This document shows, piece after piece, positions 28,717 through 38,018 of a DNA stretch of 64,000 nt. The notes under the pieces were generated by a model. It was not told the DNA's origin, made no database searches, and saw nothing but the letters and a program-made list of their open reading frames with translations. Position 1 is the first letter of the stretch, and each line of letters starts with the position of its first letter. The position numbers were made by a program, and so were the translations under genes. Origin of the DNA: an uncultured Candidatus Saccharibacteria bacterium (GTDB taxonomy: Bacteria; Patescibacteriota; Minisyncoccia; Phycocordibacterales; UBA5272); contig CAYXWO010000001.1 of the NCBI GenBank assembly GCA_964468825.1, positions 3,234-67,233 on the forward strand, read 5' to 3'.

Positions 28717-29340
28717 ATGTCACCAGTAGAAATCCTTTTTCTCGTCCTCGCGGCGTTTTCTGCTTGGATAATTTACACCGTGGTCATTGTGCCACTTGTA
28801 TCACTCAGCAAGAAGATTGCGGATAGCTCCGTTATCAATAACGCAGTTCTGTCGCTTGTGTCCTTCCAATGGAAGTTCGTAGAAGAGATTGAAGAAGAGC
28901 TCTTCTCATCCGTTGACGAAAGGGTGCAGCACACGCTTCGCAGGGTCCTTGGCGAGCACTTTGAAGACAAGAAGTACCGGGTGAGCCTGACTATTCAGAT
29001 GCTCAACGTGCTGATTGTAGGCGGGGTATGCCAGCATAGACAGCTTGCGTATACGCGGAGATCGCTCAAGGAGTGCCCTCATTTCTTCACGAGCTTGCCT
29101 GGCTGGCGGAGACTCACTTGTGAAGAAGAGCTCTCCGAGATATCTTCTTGTGGGGACGAAGAGATAATTAACGTCACTACGAGAATTGGCTTTGGCGGAG
29201 CTGAGATAGTAGTCGTTATGCCGGTCCAAGCGCAGGACTACGGCCCATCTCTTTTCCAGGTCAAAAAAATTCCAGGAGGAGAAAGGGTTCCGCCGAGAGA
29301 AAACGAACAGACGCAGGGGCTAAGCCTCAGCCCCACCTGA
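28717..29340 (+). CDS. hypothetical protein with N-terminal TM (orphan)
   Basis: SD AAGGAGG; 207-aa ORF; downstream palindrome AAAGCGCGCAGCA-C-TGCTGCGCGCTTT. Confidence 0.65.
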   Translation: MSPVEILFLVLAAFSAWIIYTVVIVPLVSLSKKIADSSVINNAVLSLVSFQWKFVEEIEEELFSSVDERVQHTLRRVLGEHFEDKKYRVSLTIQMLNVLIVGGVCQHRQLAYTRRSLKECPHFFTSLPGWRRLTCEEELSEISSCGDEEIINVTTRIGFGGAEIVVVMPVQAQDYGPSLFQVKKIPGGERVPPRENEQTQGLSLSPT

Positions 29341-29498
29341 ACTTTAGAGTCGGTTGACTTTGAGGTAATCTCTCTCCGTCTCCTTCAAAGCGCGCAGCAC
29401 TGCTGCGCGCTTTTGTTTTGCAAAAAGCGTAAGAGGATGTAGTATCTCTACAGGTTCACGTAGGTCGTGGAAAATCATATAGGAAAGGGGTCATACCC

Positions 29499-29732
29499 AT
29501 GACAATACTCTTATGCCAACAACCGCATTGTGCGGGCCCCGACGGCGAGTGCACTTGGGCGTCGGTTTGCCCGAACAAGGTGGGTGAAGCCACTGACCCC
29601 GGAACACTTCCGGTTGTGATGCCGGCGCACATCTGCTTATTTCCCAACTGCCTGGATCGTGCCACTGTCTGCGAACATGGCGTGACATGCACGCTGTGGC
29701 CAAGCAAGCAGTCAGCGGGGCGTGGACAGTAA
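29499..29732 (+). CDS. small Cys-rich protein with two C-x4-C-x6-C-x5-C motifs
   Basis: CQQPHCAGPDGECTWASVC and CLFPNCLDRATVCEHGVTC; purine-rich SD-like sequence upstream; hairpin downstream. Confidence 0.6.
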   Translation: MTILLCQQPHCAGPDGECTWASVCPNKVGEATDPGTLPVVMPAHICLFPNCLDRATVCEHGVTCTLWPSKQSAGRGQ

Positions 29733-29834
29733 AAACCCGTCGCCGACTGGCACGAGAGAACGCCACTGACAATGGCGTTTTCATTTTGTAAAAATTATCT
29801 AGAATCTCAGACTTCTTTTTGTTATAATCAGAAA

Positions 29835-31775
29835 ATGTCTACACAACCTTTAACTGTTAATCAAATCAGGTCCAAGTTCCTTTCCTACATGCAGTCGAAA
29901 GGTCACGCCGTTGTACCGTCTGCGTCCCTAGTACCTGAGAATGACCCGACCACGCTCTTCACAGGTTCTGGCATGCAGCCGATGCTTCCATATCTTCTCG
30001 GACAGCCTCACCCGCTTGGGAAGCGCATAGCAGACTCCCAGAAGTCATTCCGCTCACAAGACATTGAAGAAGTGGGAGATAACCGTCACACGACATTTTT
30101 TGAAATGCTCGGTAATTGGTCATTCGGTGATTACTTTAAGGAAGAACAAATTATGTGGATGTTTGATTTCTTTGTTAAGGAGTACAAACTCGATCTTCGT
30201 AATTTCTATATTTCTTGTTTTGCGGGAAACGAATCTCTCGGGGTGTCGAGGGACACATTCTCAGCTGAACTTTGGCAGGAACTTTTTAAGAGTCATGGCC
30301 TGATGGTTGGTATTGGAGAAGACCCAGAAAGAGATGGTATCAGGGTAATAGATGATGTTAAGGATCATATTTTTTATTATCCAGAAAAAAAGAATTGGTG
30401 GTCGCGCACTGGTGTGCCAGCTAATATGCCCGAAGGAGAACCAGGAGGACCAGACTCTGAGATGTTTTATGATTTTGATCCAGACCTTTCAAAGAGTATT
30501 CATAAGAACAGTAAGTGGGCTTCAGATATTTGTCACCCGAATTGTGATTGTGGTCGCTTCATGGAAATTGGAAACAACGTGTTCATGCAGTACAAAAAAA
30601 CTACCAATGGTTTTGAAGAACTTCCTCAGATGAATGTGGACCATGGATCAGGTCTTGAGCGTTGGGTTGCTGCTATTAGAAATGACGCTGATATGTTCAA
30701 CATTGATGTGTTCGATAAGGCTCGTGAAGTTCTTAAGACCATATCGGGGGTGGCTTATGTGTCTGACGTTGCGGTTACGTATACTGACCTAAAGAACCCA
30801 ACTTTTGCATATCGTGTTGTGCTTGATCACGTGCGAGCGGCCACCATGCTTATTGGTGATGAGGTTTTACCAGGTAACAAGGACCAGATGTACTTCGTAC
30901 GTCGTCTTATCCGCCGAGCAGTGAGATACGCGAGGAACATGGGTATTCATGAAAACTTTGCTGCAAAAGTTGCGACAACCTTCATTGAATATTATAAAGA
31001 GGAGTACAACAACCTAGAACAAAAGAAAGAAATGATTCTTTCTGAAATAGATAAAGAAGAAACAAAGTTCCGTGTGACCCTCGAAAAGGGGATTAAGCAG
31101 TTTGAAAAAATTGCCCACAAAGATATTTCTGGTGTCGAAGCCTTTGATCTTCTTCAGTCATACGGTTTTCCAATTGAACTAACAGAAGAACTGGCTCTTG
31201 AGAGAGGAATTACAGTAGACCGTGTAGAGTTTGACGAAGAGAAGAAGAGACATTCAGAAGAATCTCGCACAGCATCCGCCGGCAAGTTTAAAGGTGGTCT
31301 CGGTGGTGATGGAGAAATGGAAGTGAAGTTCCATACAGCGACGCATCTTCTTCATGAAGCACTTCGTAAAGTGCTCGGTGACCATGTTCTGCAGAAAGGA
31401 TCTAACATCACAGCAGAGCGGCTACGGTTCGACTTTTCTCATGGTGAGAAAATGACAGATGAACAGAAGGTAGAAGTCGAGAAGATTGTGAACGATGTTA
31501 TCGCACAAGATTTGCCTGTGCATCGTGAGGAGGTGAGATATGATGAGGCGCGTGCTCGTGGTGCAATCGGTGTCTTTGATAACAAGTACACTGACAAAGT
31601 ATCTATTTATACTGTTGGGGCAGAAACAGGAAAACGTGGAGAAGCTAATCTTTTCTCAATGGAATTCTGTGGTGGCCCACATGTTGAACACACAGGAGTG
31701 CTAGGAAAATTTAAGATAGCAAAAGAAGAGGCGGTATCTGCTGGAGTGAGACGTATTAAGGCGGTTCTTGAGTAA
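29835..31775 (+). CDS. alaS: alanine--tRNA ligase (short form lacking the C-Ala domain)
   Basis: DPTTLFTGSGMQP, HTTFFEMLGNWSFGDYFK, editing HTATHLL and EFCGGPHV; ends at GVRRIKAV. Confidence 0.96.
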   Translation: MSTQPLTVNQIRSKFLSYMQSKGHAVVPSASLVPENDPTTLFTGSGMQPMLPYLLGQPHPLGKRIADSQKSFRSQDIEEVGDNRHTTFFEMLGNWSFGDYFKEEQIMWMFDFFVKEYKLDLRNFYISCFAGNESLGVSRDTFSAELWQELFKSHGLMVGIGEDPERDGIRVIDDVKDHIFYYPEKKNWWSRTGVPANMPEGEPGGPDSEMFYDFDPDLSKSIHKNSKWASDICHPNCDCGRFMEIGNNVFMQYKKTTNGFEELPQMNVDHGSGLERWVAAIRNDADMFNIDVFDKAREVLKTISGVAYVSDVAVTYTDLKNPTFAYRVVLDHVRAATMLIGDEVLPGNKDQMYFVRRLIRRAVRYARNMGIHENFAAKVATTFIEYYKEEYNNLEQKKEMILSEIDKEETKFRVTLEKGIKQFEKIAHKDISGVEAFDLLQSYGFPIELTEELALERGITVDRVEFDEEKKRHSEESRTASAGKFKGGLGGDGEMEVKFHTATHLLHEALRKVLGDHVLQKGSNITAERLRFDFSHGEKMTDEQKVEVEKIVNDVIAQDLPVHREEVRYDEARARGAIGVFDNKYTDKVSIYTVGAETGKRGEANLFSMEFCGGPHVEHTGVLGKFKIAKEEAVSAGVRRIKAVLE

Positions 31776-31860
31776 GAAGAAATACAAAAGAGCGAGGCCG
31801 AGGCTTCGCTCTTTTGTATTTCCACTAGTAACTAGTAACCAGTAACTATATACTGGTCGT

Positions 31861-32250
31861 ATGAATCAAGACGCGTTTCTCACTGTAGCTGTAGGAGACA
31901 CCTCGACACTCATCAATTACATTGTTGATGGGCATATTATCGTGTCTCATATACACCCATTCGGGTACAAGCATATTGAAGCAGAGGAGATGAATATTAC
32001 CGCGGGGTCAAAATTCATGGATGGGATTTTATATACGTACGAATTTATTTCTTTACATGACAGAGTGCCAACCGAAGTACGTCTCATAGCAAAACGTTAT
32101 GCAACGTGGATAGGTGAAGTCATTGAGAAGACTTCTTATTCACAGTTCTATACTAATGGAGTTCCGGTCAGTGTTACACTAGAAGGGATTAAGGACGTTC
32201 CTCTGTCATATGCAAGACATTCGCAAACCATACACTCGTTCAAGGTCTAG
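31861..32250 (+). CDS. hypothetical protein
   Basis: 129-aa ORF; ATG 6 nt after TATACT; overlaps the next gene. Confidence 0.6.
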   Translation: MNQDAFLTVAVGDTSTLINYIVDGHIIVSHIHPFGYKHIEAEEMNITAGSKFMDGILYTYEFISLHDRVPTEVRLIAKRYATWIGEVIEKTSYSQFYTNGVPVSVTLEGIKDVPLSYARHSQTIHSFKV

Positions 32251-33610
32251 CGAAGACCTTTCCGCTCGCCTCGAGCGCTTTCATGATGGCCGAAATCGCG
32301 ACACTCGTGGATACCAAGATGAGGAGCCTGTTCGTATTCCTGTAAGAGGTGGCAGAATGCAAGGAGGGGTGACAAGAGACAGACGTGAAGATGTTGAAGA
32401 AGATGTAGATTGGCAAAATGAAGAACCGTACAGTCCTAGGATGAGAGATGTTCAATCACGTGTGCGAGCGAGGAGACAGAGACCACGAGCATCGTCAGTG
32501 ATGTTTGGACTGGGCCTGGCAGCTTTCGTCGTAGCGGTTGCTCTCTACACCTACGCTTTCAATAGTGCAACCATTACAGTTGTTCCAAAGTACAAAGATG
32601 TTCAAGATTTTAGTCGCGTCATCACATTTACTAAAGAAGGGGATACAACAAACTCAGTACCGTTCCTTACAGAGACAGTTTCTCTTTCAAAATCAAAAGT
32701 CCTCACTCGTTCTGAATCTCGAAAAGTAGAGACTAAGGCATCTGGCAGGGTGACCATCTATAACAACTTCGACGACGAACCACAGAGACTTATTAAAAAT
32801 ACTCGTTTTGAGTCAGCGACTGGCAAGATATACAGAATTAATGACTCTGTAGTTGTTCCAGGTAAAAGTGGCAGCACACCAGGTGAAGTGGAAGTTACTC
32901 TTTATGCCGACAGTACCGGCGCTGACTACAACATGGCGTCTTCTGACTTTACTATTCCCGGCTTTAAAGGAACCCCTAGGTATGACGGATTCTATGCTAA
33001 GTCTAAGGCTGCGTTTACTGGAGGGTCATCAGGCACTAAGTCGCTCGTCTCGCTTGCTGATATTAACTCAGCAAAAGATTCCCTTGCTCTTGAGTTAGAA
33101 AAAGACATCAAAGAGGAGCTTAAGAAGATAGTGAAAGAAGGTTATGTAACCATGGTTGATGCGACACAGGTCGTTTATGAGGACAACCAGGAAGAGCTAT
33201 CTAATGGCGATGGTGATATGTATAAGGTGACAGCAACTGGGTATGTGATGTTGGCACAGTCTTCTCGATTGGCTGAGACGATTGCTTCATCGGTAGTCGG
33301 GTATGATAAGGCGCCAGTACGACTCGGGTATGCGGAGACGTTAAGTTTTGTGAGGAGGGATTCTTCCCCAGTTGTTAACGCAACGTCACTCCCGTTACTT
33401 GTCGAAGGTATCCCTAGGGTTATTTGGGTTGTAGATAAAGAGGCAATCAGAACAATGGTTACAGGGAAAGACACAGACGAGTTCAAAACCCTCATGAAGT
33501 CGATTCTTTCAATTGAAAGCGCAGAGATTCGCTTCTCTCCTATGTGGCTCTCTCGTTTTCCAAGTGATGTAGAAAAGGTCTCAGTAGAAGAATCTCTTCC
33601 TAAACGTTGA
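32210..33610 (+). CDS. single-pass membrane protein with baseplate-J-like extracellular domain
   Basis: Disordered N-terminus, one TM, then KASGRVTIYN..QRLIKNTRF..VVVPG..GADYN..FTIPG..FTGG motifs. Confidence 0.6.
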   Translation: MQDIRKPYTRSRSSEDLSARLERFHDGRNRDTRGYQDEEPVRIPVRGGRMQGGVTRDRREDVEEDVDWQNEEPYSPRMRDVQSRVRARRQRPRASSVMFGLGLAAFVVAVALYTYAFNSATITVVPKYKDVQDFSRVITFTKEGDTTNSVPFLTETVSLSKSKVLTRSESRKVETKASGRVTIYNNFDDEPQRLIKNTRFESATGKIYRINDSVVVPGKSGSTPGEVEVTLYADSTGADYNMASSDFTIPGFKGTPRYDGFYAKSKAAFTGGSSGTKSLVSLADINSAKDSLALELEKDIKEELKKIVKEGYVTMVDATQVVYEDNQEELSNGDGDMYKVTATGYVMLAQSSRLAETIASSVVGYDKAPVRLGYAETLSFVRRDSSPVVNATSLPLLVEGIPRVIWVVDKEAIRTMVTGKDTDEFKTLMKSILSIESAEIRFSPMWLSRFPSDVEKVSVEESLPKR

Positions 33611-33651
33611 TTTTGAAGGATAATTTTGCTACACTCTTAGTCTTGCCTTAT

Positions 33652-33879
33652 ATGGATGAAAAAGAAAACCAAGAAGATGAAATCGAGACCATTGAAGGGC
33701 GCGTCATAGAGGCGCTCCCAAGCACTCTCTTTAGGATTGAAACATCCAAGGGCCAAAGCCTTATATCATATCTAGGTGGACGTATGCGTGTTCACAAGAT
33801 TAAGGTTCTCGTAGGAGATAGGGTAGTAGTACAGGTTGACCCTTACGGAGGAAAAGGGAGAATCATTAAGAGGTTATAA
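33652..33879 (+). CDS. infA: translation initiation factor IF-1
   Basis: EGRVIEALPSTLFRI, YLGGRMRVHKIKVLVGDRV, KGRIIKR. Confidence 0.95.
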   Translation: MDEKENQEDEIETIEGRVIEALPSTLFRIETSKGQSLISYLGGRMRVHKIKVLVGDRVVVQVDPYGGKGRIIKRL

Positions 33880-33882
33880 ATA

Positions 33883-33969
33883 GTTAGGAGGTAGCAGTTG
33901 TGAGTTAGGAGATGAATACTCTAAAGAATTCTAGAGTTTAGTTCTAACCCTTAACTGTTAGCTCCTAAC
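33883..33969. repeat. long imperfect palindrome between infA and rpmJ
   Basis: GTTAGGAGGTAGCAGTTGTGAGTTAGGA pairs with TTCTAACCCTTAACTGTTAGCTCCTAAC; inner ACTCTA..TAGAGT. Confidence 0.75.
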
Positions 33970-34025
33970 CCTGACAATGTTTGCATTATTTATCAAGTTA
34001 TAGTATAATTGGACCCATATTTTTC

Positions 34026-34139
34026 ATGAAAGTACGATCATCAGTAAAGAAGATTTGCTCAAGTTGCCAAATGCTCAAACGCGGTGGCGTCCTTCGTGTT
34101 ATTTGTAGTAATCCTAAGCACAAGCAAGCCCAAGGGTAA
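34026..34139 (+). CDS. rpmJ: 50S ribosomal protein L36 (not in the ORF track)
   Basis: [37 protein letters not shown]. Confidence 0.97.
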   Translation: MKVRSSVKKICSSCQMLKRGGVLRVICSNPKHKQAQG

Positions 34140-34172
34140 GTTTTAGTTTAATCATATTCGAAATCATTATTT

Positions 34173-34553
34173 ATGCGTATCTCAGGTATTACACTCCCAG
34201 AAAACAAAAGACTAGAAATAGCTCTTACTGCTGTGTTTGGTGTTGGACGTTCTCGAGCTATGAAGATTATCGAGAAGCTAGCACTTGACCCAGGAATGAA
34301 GACTACAGAGCTCACAGGAGACCAGGAGAACCTTATCCGTCGCGAAATTGAATCTTTCAAGACCGAAGGTGACCTACGTCGCGATGTTCAGCAGAACATC
34401 AAGCGTCTTAAGGATATCAAGAGTTACCGTGGAACTCGCCACGTGAAGCATCTTCCTGCTCGTGGACAGAGGACAAAAACTAACAGCCGTACAGTCCGTG
34501 GTAACAAGCGTGTCACTATGGGAAGCGGTCGTCGTAAGGTTGAGAAGACCTAA
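34173..34553 (+). CDS. rpsM: 30S ribosomal protein S13
   Basis: RISGITLP, YRGTRHVKHLPARGQRTKTNSRT. Confidence 0.97.
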   Translation: MRISGITLPENKRLEIALTAVFGVGRSRAMKIIEKLALDPGMKTTELTGDQENLIRREIESFKTEGDLRRDVQQNIKRLKDIKSYRGTRHVKHLPARGQRTKTNSRTVRGNKRVTMGSGRRKVEKT

Positions 34554-34577
34554 AATATAATTTAGTAATATACACCT

Positions 34578-35012
34578 ATGGGAAAGAAACGTATTGTAAA
34601 AAAGAATAGCTCTGGTGTTGATAGCGCGCTTAAGGCTCGCTCACTCGCTAAGGCAGTAAAGAAGAAGATTGTTGAAGGTACTCTCTTTGTTGAGTCATCT
34701 TACAACAACACTCGTCTATCTCTATGTGACAAGACAGGTAATGTTTTGGCATGGTCATCATCCGGCGCTCTTGGATTCAAGGGGGCTAAGAAGGGTACAC
34801 CTTTTGCTGCTTCTAAGATCGGTGAGTTGATCGGAGAGAAGGCTCAGCAGATCGGAGTAAAGGAAGTTAACGTTATCGTTAAGGGAGTTGGTTCAGGAAG
34901 AGAGTCAGCTATCAGAGCTTTCTCTGCGTTTGGTGTTGAGATAATGTCTATCGTAGACAAGACACCAGTTCCTCACAATGGACCTAAGCCTCGTAAGCCA
35001 CGTCACGTCTAG
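34578..35012 (+). CDS. rpsK: 30S ribosomal protein S11
   Basis: SYNNT, GFKGAKKGTPFAA, GSGRESAIRA, TPVPHNG. Confidence 0.97.
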   Translation: MGKKRIVKKNSSGVDSALKARSLAKAVKKKIVEGTLFVESSYNNTRLSLCDKTGNVLAWSSSGALGFKGAKKGTPFAASKIGELIGEKAQQIGVKEVNVIVKGVGSGRESAIRAFSAFGVEIMSIVDKTPVPHNGPKPRKPRHV

Positions 35013-35031
35013 TAATTATTTAATAAACAGT

Positions 35032-35652
35032 ATGCCAAGAATAACTTGTAAAATTTGCCGAAGACTAGGAGAAAGCGTTTGTGGACGTGAGAAGTGTGCT
35101 TATAAGAAGCGCCCATATGCTCCCGGAAAGCTCGACAGCGAAAGAAAGCACCGCTCTAACGTTTCTGAATACGGTGAACAGCTCCGCGCTAAGCAAAAGA
35201 TGAGACATACATACGGTCTTACTGAAAAGCAGTTCGAGAAGTACGTAAAGCTCGCAACAAAAGCTCATGAAACAGGAGAAGGGTCAGCTACACCTGCGCT
35301 TAAGCTCTACAGAGAACTAGAATCTCGTCTAGATAACATCGCTTTCCGTTCTGGTTTCGCTAACACAAGAGCGCTTGCTCGTCAGATTGTTTCTCATGGT
35401 CATGTGACTGTGAATGGTCGTAGGATAACAGTTGCTTCTCACCAGGTGAGTATTGGAGATGTCGTAGCTATCCGTGAGGGTAGTAAGACTAGTAAACTCT
35501 TTACTACTCTTGAAGAGAGGTTGACCTCAGCTGCGCCAACATACACATTCGCAGCTAACCCTAAGGCATTATCAATTGAAGTTAAGGAGACACCTAGAGA
35601 AGTTGAGCCAATATTCGACACTCAGAAGGTACTCGAATATTACTCTCGCTAA
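35032..35652 (+). CDS. rpsD: 30S ribosomal protein S4
   Basis: CKICRRLG, SEYGEQLRAKQK, LESRLDN, ARQIVSHGH, EYYSR. Confidence 0.96.
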   Translation: MPRITCKICRRLGESVCGREKCAYKKRPYAPGKLDSERKHRSNVSEYGEQLRAKQKMRHTYGLTEKQFEKYVKLATKAHETGEGSATPALKLYRELESRLDNIAFRSGFANTRALARQIVSHGHVTVNGRRITVASHQVSIGDVVAIREGSKTSKLFTTLEERLTSAAPTYTFAANPKALSIEVKETPREVEPIFDTQKVLEYYSR

Positions 35653-35798
35653 GGTTTTTGCTTGAAGTGTAAGCGTTTTCCACTAGCATACACTTGCACT
35701 TTTCGCAAATCTGGGTTAGAATAATACAACTTTGTTCCAAAAGTGCAAAGTGCGCGTCACTTATCAAGCTTAAATACTAGTCTAACTTTTTATTCTAT

Positions 35799-36758
35799 AT
35801 GTCTTCACATTCTATCATTTTGCCATCAAAGCCGAAGATCATTAAAGAGGATGCTGCGTTTGGTGTCTACGAAATCGATGGTCTTTACCCTGGGTATGGA
35901 CATACATTAGGTAATTCACTACGTCGTATCATCTTGTCATCTATCCCTGGAGCGTCTATTACTGCGCTTTCAATAGACGGTGTAAAGCACGAGTTCTCTA
36001 CAATTGATGGAATTAAAGAAGATGTGATCTCTATCATTCTTAATCTAAAGAAGACACGTTTTAAGCTACACGGAGACGACGCACAGAAGGCTACTCTTCA
36101 TATCAAGGGTGCTAAGACAATTACAGCTAAAGATATCTCACTTCCTTCACAGTTAGAAGTGATGAACACCGATCAGTATATTTGTGAGTCGACTACTAAG
36201 GATCTTGATATAGCTATTGAGATTACAGTAGAGAAGGGTCTTGGATATGTCCCTCGTGAGATTCTCCAGAAGGAGAAGGCAGACATTGGAACTATTTTCC
36301 TCGACGCCTCATTTACACCAATTCGTCGCGCTTCATACGAAGTAGAGAATATGCGTGTAGGTGACAGAACTGATCACAATAGACTACGAGTGACTATCGA
36401 GACTGATGGAACTATCTCTCCACATGACGCTCTTGAGTCATCTATTCAGACCATGATTACACAGCTACAGTCTATCGTTGGATTCCGTGAGACTGTAATT
36501 GATTATCCTAAGGATGTAACTGAAGCTCCGGTTGCGCAGATAAGTGAAGACGACACAGATGCTTCTAAGGTGAAGATTGAAGACCTTGGGCTCTCTACTC
36601 GTACAGAAAACGCTCTCGTGTCAGCAGGTGTTCGTACAGCTGGTGGCCTTGCTCGCAAGACACAGGAAGACCTATTGGCAGTTGACGGTCTCGGAGAAAA
36701 GGGGATTTCTGAAATCAAGAAGGCACTAGGAGATCTAGGACTAGAGCTTAAAGCTTAA
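35799..36758 (+). CDS. rpoA: RNA polymerase alpha subunit
   Basis: GYGHTLGNSLRRIILSS, HEFSTIDGIKED, alpha-CTD IEDLGLSTRTENAL. Confidence 0.97.
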   Translation: MSSHSIILPSKPKIIKEDAAFGVYEIDGLYPGYGHTLGNSLRRIILSSIPGASITALSIDGVKHEFSTIDGIKEDVISIILNLKKTRFKLHGDDAQKATLHIKGAKTITAKDISLPSQLEVMNTDQYICESTTKDLDIAIEITVEKGLGYVPREILQKEKADIGTIFLDASFTPIRRASYEVENMRVGDRTDHNRLRVTIETDGTISPHDALESSIQTMITQLQSIVGFRETVIDYPKDVTEAPVAQISEDDTDASKVKIEDLGLSTRTENALVSAGVRTAGGLARKTQEDLLAVDGLGEKGISEIKKALGDLGLELKA

Positions 36759-36793
36759 GTATCATTAATAAGGAAGAAATTAGTTAACGGCGT

Positions 36794-37147
36794 ATGAAAC
36801 ATCACAATGCAAAGAGAAAATTCGGAAGAGAGAAGAACGAGCGTAAGGCGTTTATTCGTTCACTCATGATTAACCTTATCAGACACGGTTCAATCGAAAC
36901 TACTTTAGCTCGCGCTAAGGAAATTAGACCGCTTGTCGAGAAGCTTGTCACTCTTTCTAAAGAAGACACTGTTACACGTCGTCGTTTAATTATGTCTCGT
37001 CTTCTTAATCAGGACATTGAAGTAGGGAAGCTCTTTTCAGAGTACGCGCCGAAGTATAAGGAAGTTAACGGGGGTTACTTGAGAATTCTCAAGCTTCACA
37101 CCCGCCTTTCTGACGGTGCTGAGAAGGCTGTAATAGAATTCGTTTAA
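36794..37147 (+). CDS. rplQ: 50S ribosomal protein L17
   Basis: IETTLARAKEIRPLVEKLVT, GGYLRILK. Confidence 0.97.
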   Translation: MKHHNAKRKFGREKNERKAFIRSLMINLIRHGSIETTLARAKEIRPLVEKLVTLSKEDTVTRRRLIMSRLLNQDIEVGKLFSEYAPKYKEVNGGYLRILKLHTRLSDGAEKAVIEFV

Positions 37148-37165
37148 TAAAATAATAACTATCGT

Positions 37166-37513
37166 ATGAAGAATCACGTAATTGACGCAACAGGAAAGCC
37201 ATTAGGAAGACTCGCTTCAGAAGTAGCTGCTCTTCTTAATGCAAAAGATAGTGTTACTTTTGTTAAGAATGTTGCAGCTCCTATGACAGTCACTGTAGAG
37301 AATGCTAGTAAGGTGAAGGTAACAGGTAACAAAATGAATGAAAGTGTACATAAGTCATATTCTGGTTACCCAGGAGGTCTTAAGGAGCGTCCACTTAAGT
37401 ATGTGGTAGAGAATAAGGGTTATAGCGAGCTCATCAAGCACGCTGTTATGGGCATGCTTCCAAAGAACAGACTTCAGGATGTTCGCATCAAAAATTTAAT
37501 TATTAAAGACTAA
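37166..37513 (+). CDS. rplM: 50S ribosomal protein L13 (short)
   Basis: IDATGKPLGRLASEVA, SGYPGGLK, AVMGMLPKNRL. Confidence 0.96.
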   Translation: MKNHVIDATGKPLGRLASEVAALLNAKDSVTFVKNVAAPMTVTVENASKVKVTGNKMNESVHKSYSGYPGGLKERPLKYVVENKGYSELIKHAVMGMLPKNRLQDVRIKNLIIKD

Positions 37514-37523
37514 CTAAAGGACT

Positions 37524-37931
37524 ATGTCAGTAGATACAAAGAATCGTTATATAGAAGCAGTAGGACGCCGCAAGACTGCGACTGCAAGAGTTCGTGTTAC
37601 TCCTTCAACTAAGCCGTCATTTACTGTAAATGATAAGGATGTCAAAGAGTACTTCGTAACAAGTGATCTACAGTCAATTGCGCAAGAGGCTATCTCAAAG
37701 TCAGAGATTGGTGAGAAGTTCCAGGTAACTGTGCAGGTTGTTGGGGGTGGTATCCACGCTCAAGCGGAGGCTGTACGTCACGGACTCTCACGAACTCTTG
37801 TTCTTCGTGATGAACAGGTTAAGAATGTTCTTAAGAAGCTTGGTTTTCTAAAGCGTGACCCTCGTCAGGTTGAACGTAAGAAGTTCGGACTTAAGAAGGC
37901 TCGTAAGGCTCCAACTTGGTCAAAGCGTTAA
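37524..37931 (+). CDS. rpsI: 30S ribosomal protein S9
   Basis: GRRKTATARV, GGGIHAQAEAVRHG, ERKKFGLKKARKAPTWSKR. Confidence 0.97.
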   Translation: MSVDTKNRYIEAVGRRKTATARVRVTPSTKPSFTVNDKDVKEYFVTSDLQSIAQEAISKSEIGEKFQVTVQVVGGGIHAQAEAVRHGLSRTLVLRDEQVKNVLKKLGFLKRDPRQVERKKFGLKKARKAPTWSKR

Positions 37932-38018
37932 TCCGTCTTCCCTTTTTTACAATGCAAAAAGCTCCCTCTTGGGAGCTTTTTGTTTAGCTGCTACTGCTGG
38001 CGACATCAAGAGAATTTA

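Noticed and set aside
29835-31775. alaS, aspS, pyk and rplM as pseudogenes because they are short
   Set aside because: Catalytic motifs are intact and the ends are clean; this fits domain streamlining rather than decay.
32210-33610. Baseplate-J-like gene as a phage or contractile injection system
   Set aside because: It is a solitary membrane-anchored gene among housekeeping genes with no other tail components.
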